Origin: Pseudomonadota bacterium | Lineage (GTDB): Bacteria > Desulfobacterota > Desulfobacteria > Desulfobacterales > RPRI01 | Direction: 5' to 3' | NCBI GenBank assembly: GCA_043825875.1 | Contig: JBDRRF010000045.1 | Span: 1-64,000, forward strand | Length of the DNA: 64,000 nucleotides | In this document: piece by piece, positions 57,811 to 64,000 of the stretch | How the letters are laid out: each line of letters starts with the position of its first letter | How positions within the stretch are numbered: position 1 is the stretch's first letter | Translations under genes and position numbers: made by a program | Notes under the pieces: generated by a model | Database searches by the model: none | The model's input: the letters and a program-made list of their open reading frames with translations, nothing else | Told to the model about the DNA's origin: nothing

Positions 57811-60546
57811 ATGCTTTGTACCCAATGTGGCTGGATGTTTGATGAAAAAACCGACTGGTTTTGTTCTGGATGTGGGAAAAAAATTCGTGAGATAGCGGTT
57901 GACGATAATAAAACGCAATACACCCTTTATTACGGTAGAGGATCGTCACCTCTTAAAATTTCCATAGAAAATATAGGTGAATTTCCGGTCCAAATAACAA
58001 AATGGCAGTTGGTAAATCTCAAGGCCCTTAAATGTTTATGCGATGGCCGTAAACATGCGCCGGTAGCTCTTTTGAGCAATGATACAAAAGTAATTGAAAT
58101 TAATTTTGACGATTCAGGATTGCCGTTTACCCAAGCAGGAATACTGAAAATTTATGCAGGAATTATTCCACCTATACAAGTTGTTATTATCTGTACTCCT
58201 GTACCGGGCTTTATCTTCCATATTGGGAATGAACTTGTGCGAAACAGCAAGGTTTGCTGTCTTGGCGATCTTTCGAAGGAAATTGAATTGCCCTTAAAAA
58301 TAGAAGTGCGTCATGCGCACCGTGTAAAATGGACTAAGTTCAGGATGTATCCAAAAAATCATCCTGAACGATCTTTTCCCTTACCCAGCGGGTTAGAATT
58401 TCCGGTTGACTTGTTCGAAGGTATTCCATCAGAAATTTGTTGTCCATTAGGAAGAATTACAGGAGCAGAAGTAATTTGCGCTGAATTTCTATTTGAGAAT
58501 TGTCAACCCGAAACTTTTACTATCGATATAATTCCCAAAGCCAAAATTAAGCACGAGCAAGATTTTAACCCCATAAACGAAAATGCATTTATTAAGGGAA
58601 AATCAGGTCCACGAAACATAGAAATATCATTAGTAAATGATGGTGGTGTTGGGGCTGATATTGTTGATATCAAAATTGACAACTTGTCTAAAAGTTGGAT
58701 GAATCTGGTGTTGGCGATAGATAACCCAAAATTGATGCCATACGGTGATTCCAAAAGTAGGTTTGTTATTAAAATAGATCCGGCAATGATTAAGAACACT
58801 CTTGAAGAAGGTCGGATTCAGATTGTTTATAGAGAAGACGATATAAGCAAAATTCAAACCCAGGAAATATTCATCCCAGTTGAAGTAAAATATTCTGAAA
58901 CATTGCCTTTTCCTATTGGAATTGACTTCGGAAACACAAGCACCTGTGTATCCTATTTTAACCCTAAAATAAATGAGTTTGAACTTGTGGCTCTGGATGA
59001 ATTTAATGGTGAAAAAAAATATGAGTTTCCCACCATAATTGAGTTTAATCGATTTTGTGCTCCGGGAGAACATGAATCCGGTACCGGCTTTGGATATGGG
59101 TATTTGCTGGGTGAAACAAGATATGCTGTAGAAGAAAGAGGAGATAATCTATTAAATAGAGCATGGCATTTTAAACAGGGTTTGGGACAAAATAAACCTA
59201 TTAGCAAGCTTGATAGAACACATGGCAGATTGAGACAATTTACAGCAGAAGTTCTAACTAAATATTTTATCAAAGAAGTAATCCAAAGGTTTGAGGAAAA
59301 CACCGGATACGATGTGAAAAGTATTATTCTAACCTATCCTGCCGGCTTTATGGATGACCAAATTAAAAGCCTGAAAAACGTTGTTGAACAGATTAAACCT
59401 GATTTGGAAATTATCACTGAAATAAGTGAACCTGAGGCACTTGCACTGCATTATCTTAATAAAAAGGAAATAATAAAGGATAAAGAAATATTTGCGGTAT
59501 TTGACTATGGCGGAAGCTCGACTGATATTACCATAGGACAGATTAGTTGTGAAGATGGTGAAAAAGAGATCGAAGTATTGGTTAGCATGGGCAGCAACCA
59601 GCTGGGTGGGGACCTTTTGACGTTTGAAATCGCAAAAAGTATTTATAATAAAATCCAGGATGAGTTTAAAAGAACAAAGAAGGAAATCGATATGCTGTTT
59701 CCGATGAAACTGGATGATATTTTTTTAATATCACATTCAGAAAAAGAAACGCGATTTAATTTTATGAATTTAATGAATAAGGCGGAAATGATTAAAACAA
59801 ATAGAGAAGGACTTTATTGGAAGCTATGTGATCATCAAGAAATTCCTGTTGAAATTCATTCCTTTCATAGGGTTAGAGGTCAATTTGAACCAATCCGGGT
59901 CAATTACAATATTGAAGATTTTAAAAATGTAGCAGAAAGATATATACAGCAAGGTCTGAATCACCTCAATGGGATGCTGCAGCATCTTAAGGAGCATGAG
60001 ATTATAGAAAAAAACTGTTTTCTGGATTTCGTGGTGCTGGGAGGAAATTCATCTAGGTTAGAATTAGTTAAAAAATTAGCAAGAGATATTCTTGGACTAG
60101 ATGAAAACAACATTTTCTTTGAAAGCGAAATTACAAAAACCGGTGTGGCATCTGGCGCGGCCCTTTATGGAATGAAAATGCAAGATCCAGACAGTGATAT
60201 TGTTTTTATCAATAATAGACGTGTTCGATATCCAATAGGTATCTACAAGCCTAATTCCTTTGATGTAATATTTCCTGCAGGTGCTCAAATTGGTGCAACT
60301 ATTAAACGACAATGGAAACCGGTCAAATTGTTTCTTTATAGAAATTTGGATCCGTCCAACCTAACCCATTCATCTTTGGAACCTGTGACAGATGTTGGAT
60401 ATGATCTATCCCGGTATAAATCTGATAGTTCTAAAAAAATAACTTTTTATCTGACACTATCGGAAAATGGTGTGAAAATTCAGCCCGAGAATAATGCGGA
60501 ATCATCCAATAATGATTCGGATTTAATAGAGTTTAAATGGTATTGA
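57811..60546 (+). CDS. Atypical Hsp70-family ATPase with N-terminal Zn ribbon and Ig-like domains
   Basis: CTQCG..CSGCG; Ig-like strands to about aa 360; Hsp70 NBD motifs GIDFGNTST, LTYPA, SEPEALA, VFDYGGSSTDI, LGGD, VLGGNSSRL; short C-terminus. Confidence 0.88.
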   Translation: MLCTQCGWMFDEKTDWFCSGCGKKIREIAVDDNKTQYTLYYGRGSSPLKISIENIGEFPVQITKWQLVNLKALKCLCDGRKHAPVALLSNDTKVIEINFDDSGLPFTQAGILKIYAGIIPPIQVVIICTPVPGFIFHIGNELVRNSKVCCLGDLSKEIELPLKIEVRHAHRVKWTKFRMYPKNHPERSFPLPSGLEFPVDLFEGIPSEICCPLGRITGAEVICAEFLFENCQPETFTIDIIPKAKIKHEQDFNPINENAFIKGKSGPRNIEISLVNDGGVGADIVDIKIDNLSKSWMNLVLAIDNPKLMPYGDSKSRFVIKIDPAMIKNTLEEGRIQIVYREDDISKIQTQEIFIPVEVKYSETLPFPIGIDFGNTSTCVSYFNPKINEFELVALDEFNGEKKYEFPTIIEFNRFCAPGEHESGTGFGYGYLLGETRYAVEERGDNLLNRAWHFKQGLGQNKPISKLDRTHGRLRQFTAEVLTKYFIKEVIQRFEENTGYDVKSIILTYPAGFMDDQIKSLKNVVEQIKPDLEIITEISEPEALALHYLNKKEIIKDKEIFAVFDYGGSSTDITIGQISCEDGEKEIEVLVSMGSNQLGGDLLTFEIAKSIYNKIQDEFKRTKKEIDMLFPMKLDDIFLISHSEKETRFNFMNLMNKAEMIKTNREGLYWKLCDHQEIPVEIHSFHRVRGQFEPIRVNYNIEDFKNVAERYIQQGLNHLNGMLQHLKEHEIIEKNCFLDFVVLGGNSSRLELVKKLARDILGLDENNIFFESEITKTGVASGAALYGMKMQDPDSDIVFINNRRVRYPIGIYKPNSFDVIFPAGAQIGATIKRQWKPVKLFLYRNLDPSNLTHSSLEPVTDVGYDLSRYKSDSSKKITFYLTLSENGVKIQPENNAESSNNDSDLIEFKWY

Positions 60547-60560
60547 AATAAGGTGATACA

Positions 60561-61487
60561 ATGTTTGAGCGTCTGCTTAATTGGATAGGAAGAAATTCTA
60601 CTAAAGGTAATAGGCGTACTCATAATATCCCAAGGCCTAATAGTCAAGATTTGCCCTCAAAATTAGATAAATTACTAAGAGAAAGCAGGGGATGGACTGA
60701 TGAAGATCTTAAGGAGATTGTGGAATCAGTTTACTTATTAAATAGCTATTGTTTGAAACTGCGTAATGATTTAAGTCAATTGAACCGTCAGGTAAGTTCT
60801 GCCATAAATAACCAAAACAGTTCCCTTTTTTTAAATCATTCTCAGGAAATAAACAAAAGTAGTATGTCTATAGAACCTTTTTCAAAAATATATGAAGATA
60901 TAGATGTTCAAAACAAATCATTTGTTGAGAAAAAACCTGATAATTTCTCTGCGGATAAATTAAATAACTTACTTATGATTTGCCGGAAATATGAGGAGCT
61001 ATTTGAAGAAGCTATTAAAAGTCTTGATAACAGAAGTTATCAATTGGTTGATAATTTTAACAAAGAGTTTAAAGTACCAATTAATCAAATTCTGGGACAG
61101 AAGTTAAAACTTGAAAAGTCATATCAATATTCTGATCCAAGCAAATACAAAATCTTATTTGAAAATCTTAATAATATTAATTTAGATTCATTGTCTCTAT
61201 CCTTATGTGATGCTCTCGAAATGAAAATTACTCATGGTAAAACAAATGCGGATAATCAGAGTAATCCCATTCTTGAAAAATATATTGGCAAAATAACTGA
61301 AATGTTGGATTGGAAAGTGATAAATCCTGAAGCGGGTTCACTATATAACGAAGCCGAACACGATATCTTTGACCGCCGGCCTGCCGATAATAATAAAAAA
61401 GGTGTGATTTATAAAGTTCACAAAAGAGGATTTAAAGATTCAGGGAATAAAATTCTTTTAAAGGCAAAAGTAGGTATCACAACATAA
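60561..61487 (+). CDS. GrpE-like protein
   Basis: C-terminal VINPEAGSLYNEAEHD..KGVIYKVHKRGFKDSGNKILLKAKVGI matches the GrpE beta-domain pattern; helical N-terminus; follows the Hsp70 gene. Confidence 0.7.
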   Translation: MFERLLNWIGRNSTKGNRRTHNIPRPNSQDLPSKLDKLLRESRGWTDEDLKEIVESVYLLNSYCLKLRNDLSQLNRQVSSAINNQNSSLFLNHSQEINKSSMSIEPFSKIYEDIDVQNKSFVEKKPDNFSADKLNNLLMICRKYEELFEEAIKSLDNRSYQLVDNFNKEFKVPINQILGQKLKLEKSYQYSDPSKYKILFENLNNINLDSLSLSLCDALEMKITHGKTNADNQSNPILEKYIGKITEMLDWKVINPEAGSLYNEAEHDIFDRRPADNNKKGVIYKVHKRGFKDSGNKILLKAKVGITT

Positions 61488-61517
61488 ATAATTATTTAAC
61501 AGGTAGTGTTAATTTAA

Positions 61518-62057
61518 ATGGAAAAAACAGAAATGCTAAAATCGATCGATACAATAGTATCGTCAATCGATCTAAAACTCGAAAAAATTATAGATAAGCA
61601 AGAAGTTAAAAGAGAAGAAACTATCAATGAAGTAAAATTTTTTTTTGATAACCTTGCTGCAAAAATATCTACAACATTTATTGGTGATTTACCGCGTTCA
61701 CTGGAGTTGCTTGAAATTAAAATTGACGAGCTAATAAAGTATCAAGGAGATTTCAGTTCAAGCTTGTCCCAGATTTTGGCAGGATATGAGATTAAAATTG
61801 AAGAACGGATTAAAGAACAAATAAAATTATTTCAGAAAGAATGTATCGATAATCTGAATCAGCATCAAAAAATGCATAACGAAAAGTTAAGTGAGTTTAT
61901 TAGAGCTGTAAATAATTTGTCTAACGTAATTACACAACTGAATAACAGTGTGGACAATTTTGATTCGGAAAGGTTTGAGCCGGCGATGAAACGGCTGGAA
62001 GATACAATAGATAAATTAAGTACAGATAAAAAGAAAGGATTTTTTAAAAGAAAGTAA
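61518..62057 (+). CDS. Coiled-coil hypothetical protein
   Basis: 179 aa heptad-rich; ends KKKGFFKRK (basic/aromatic tail). Confidence 0.75.
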   Translation: MEKTEMLKSIDTIVSSIDLKLEKIIDKQEVKREETINEVKFFFDNLAAKISTTFIGDLPRSLELLEIKIDELIKYQGDFSSSLSQILAGYEIKIEERIKEQIKLFQKECIDNLNQHQKMHNEKLSEFIRAVNNLSNVITQLNNSVDNFDSERFEPAMKRLEDTIDKLSTDKKKGFFKRK

Positions 62058-62059
62058 AA

Positions 62060-64000
62060 ATGACAAGATATGTCAAATCTATAAAATATCTATTAATGAT
62101 AATACTGCGTATATTTTTGATCGTATTGATATCAGTAATAGGGTGCTCATCACCGCTTAATGAAAAATCTATTGTTGAAGAGTTTATTTTTGATAATCAA
62201 GGAAAAATACTTTCGAATGTTAAGCCTGATGGGAGTAAAATAGTTTTCAAATATAATGATAGAGCATTACCTAAAGACATAATACTGCCAGATGATCAAG
62301 TACGTTACGGGTATGATAAAAACGGGAACAGAATCTGGATGGAAAACAAAACCGGCCGTACTGAATATAAATATGATGCACTTGATCGAATAAAAGAAAT
62401 TATATTTAGATACAGTCCTGTGAGAACCATTGAATATGATTATGACCCTTGGGGTAGAATGCATGGGATTATAATAAAACAAGAAGGCCATAAAATATAT
62501 CATATAAAGTATGAATATGACCTTCTGAATAATATTAAAAAAATTATCGACGGCAAAGAAATTATTGAGTTTGATTATGATATTGCACATGGTAAGGTAA
62601 CTCGCAGATTACCTAACGGCATAAAAACAATTTATAATTACTCTCCCGCTGGTATGCTTAAGCTTCTAAAACATTTAAGCCCTCAAAATAAACTCATAGT
62701 CTCCTATCAATATAGTTATGACCATTCTGGTAGGATTATACGGATTATTGAAAAGACATTATCAAATACGCAAATTGTAAACTATCATTGGGATATAAAT
62801 GGTAATCTTAAAAAGTTAATATTACCAGATGGTAGTATAATCTACTATGATTATGATGAGTTCGGAAGACGGTCTTCTTTATCAAGAAAAAATGAAACAA
62901 TTGGTTTTAAATATGATGGTTTTGGAAGGCTTGTACAATCGGGTGTAACCCGATATGGCTGGAATGAAAATGGGAATCTAAGTTCTTATAAAGGCAAAAA
63001 AGACAGCATAGAATTTGATTATACTGCTACTGATATGCTTTCAGAAATAAGGGCAAGGGGTTTCAAATCACAATTCAGGTATGATGGTGACGGCAACCAG
63101 ATTGCAAGTAAAATACAGGATGACATTTCTTTTTATTTGCCGAATCCATTGACACCGCAAGGTAATACACTGGCCGAATTTGATAAGCATGGGAACTTGC
63201 GTTTCACATATCTATATGGGAAAGGATTACTTGGACGTCGCAATTCAAATGGAAGCATGAATTATTGTCTTGAAGATGGTTTTGGCAGAATTCGCAATAT
63301 TTCAGACATAAAAGGGCGAATATTATCTCACCAACAAATGGTCTCTGCAAGAATAGAACGTCGTATTACAGCAGACAGAATGCGTAGTACTTTTGATAGA
63401 AGAATCAAAAAGGCATGGGAACTTATTGAAAAAGGGCAAAGACTGCCATTGCCTTCACAAAGTGAAATAGAAGCTCATGACCGATACTGGACCGAAGGAA
63501 TTTATAACACTTCAGATCCCTATTACAAGATGATTCAATCTCTTGATACGGCGCAGGACATTAGAGACATAGATACTTTTTTTAAAGTGTATGTTTCAAC
63601 TCATTTTCTTATAGCAAACGACATGGTGGTAAGGCCTATTGCAGCTTTAACGCGCGGCTGGGGATCATTTTTTGTTAAACAGACTGCAAGAACAGTTCAT
63701 GATTTATTAACTAATTTTATTGAGTCAGTCTCGTCTGACGGGACTTCCATAACCAAGAACATAAATGAAAAAGGTCTAAGAACGTATGAAGATATAGCGA
63801 GCTGGAGCAAGTTTGCTATAGATATTAATAAAGTATTAACAGATAATTTCTCTACAGAAAATGCACTATTCCGGAAGTTTTTACTTAAGAAGAATACAAG
63901 AGTTGTGTGCCTTGCTGAAGGCAGCCCCAATGGTTTTAATTGGGCTTTGAAGGCAAAATCAATATACACGGTTGTTATAGGACCTGTGCAAACTAAAAGC
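62060..64000 (+). CDS. YD/RHS-repeat lipoprotein (partial; runs off window; not in ORF track)
   Basis: ATG 62060, open to the window end; lipobox VIG-C (aa 29); YD repeats YGYDKNGNR, YKYDALDR, YDYDPWGR, YSYDHSGR, YDYDEFGR, FRYDGDGN; then a non-repeat domain. Confidence 0.9.
   Translation, partial: MTRYVKSIKYLLMIILRIFLIVLISVIGCSSPLNEKSIVEEFIFDNQGKILSNVKPDGSKIVFKYNDRALPKDIILPDDQVRYGYDKNGNRIWMENKTGRTEYKYDALDRIKEIIFRYSPVRTIEYDYDPWGRMHGIIIKQEGHKIYHIKYEYDLLNNIKKIIDGKEIIEFDYDIAHGKVTRRLPNGIKTIYNYSPAGMLKLLKHLSPQNKLIVSYQYSYDHSGRIIRIIEKTLSNTQIVNYHWDINGNLKKLILPDGSIIYYDYDEFGRRSSLSRKNETIGFKYDGFGRLVQSGVTRYGWNENGNLSSYKGKKDSIEFDYTATDMLSEIRARGFKSQFRYDGDGNQIASKIQDDISFYLPNPLTPQGNTLAEFDKHGNLRFTYLYGKGLLGRRNSNGSMNYCLEDGFGRIRNISDIKGRILSHQQMVSARIERRITADRMRSTFDRRIKKAWELIEKGQRLPLPSQSEIEAHDRYWTEGIYNTSDPYYKMIQSLDTAQDIRDIDTFFKVYVSTHFLIANDMVVRPIAALTRGWGSFFVKQTARTVHDLLTNFIESVSSDGTSITKNINEKGLRTYEDIASWSKFAIDINKVLTDNFSTENALFRKFLLKKNTRVVCLAEGSPNGFNWALKAKSIYTVVIGPVQTKS

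Larger units (their letters stand above)
5584..64000. mobile_element. Genomic island integrated at the 3' end of tRNA-Leu (right boundary not seen)
   Basis: Integrase ends 15 bp from the tRNA CCA. Excisionase-like, ParB, Rep-like, ArdC-like and RadC genes follow. No housekeeping genes recur to the window end and no attR copy was found by eye. Extent beyond ~23 kb is inferred. Confidence 0.7.

Noticed and set aside
1084..63969. Numerous short antisense or alternate-frame ORFs inside long genes (e.g. 2347..2703, 11022..11489, 18007..18408, 58503..59303, 62267..62590, 63697..63969)
   Set aside because: Shadow ORFs overlapping well-supported genes, with no independent motifs.
49215..64000. Type VI secretion or contractile injection system, suggested by the YD/RHS protein and AAA+ ATPase
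   Set aside because: No recognisable VgrG, Hcp, PAAR, sheath or baseplate genes, and the ATPase is MoxR-type rather than ClpV.

Overview
The first ~5.6 kb is housekeeping chromosome, probably from a Desulfobacterales-like deltaproteobacterium (inference). It holds a MITE-like hairpin element, a DUF1992 gene, ddl, a RimK-like ATP-grasp gene, a purD-purE fusion, tsaC/sua5, a GTAG-type REP doublet, a NUDIX hydrolase and tRNA-Leu(CAA). A tyrosine integrase gene ends 15 bp after the tRNA CCA and marks a large integrated island whose right end (attR) I could not find in the window. The island backbone (5.6-23 kb, mostly minus strand) encodes the integrase, an excisionase-like HTH, a truncated DnaX-like ATPase, a ParB-DNA methylase fusion, a probable Rep protein with iteron-like repeats, a MerR-type HTH, ArdC-like and RadC/JAB proteins, and several non-coding repeat arrays. 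It also carries an exported TPR-CHAT protease converging on an ECF sigma/DUF4384 anti-sigma pair. A decayed accessory zone (23-29 kb) follows, with a Nuc/PLD remnant, a CapRel-like fused toxin-antitoxin, an SH3-EEP nuclease, a GHKL ATPase pseudogene and an IS200 nested in a truncated IS3. From 29.2 kb to the window end is a co-directional, AT-rich cluster of 19 genes (>34 kb). It contains an ECF sigma and double-Zn anti-sigma, several unknown proteins, a 2554-aa beta-rich membrane-anchored protein, a RavA/MoxR AAA+ ATPase, a Zn-ribbon protein, an exported vWA protein, a 1151-aa tubulin/FtsZ-like GTPase, an atypical Hsp70 with a GrpE-like neighbour, and a YD-repeat lipoprotein that the ORF track missed. 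This cluster is the best candidate for an uncharacterised multi-NTPase conflict or assembly system. All calls come from motif recognition by eye; no searches were run.
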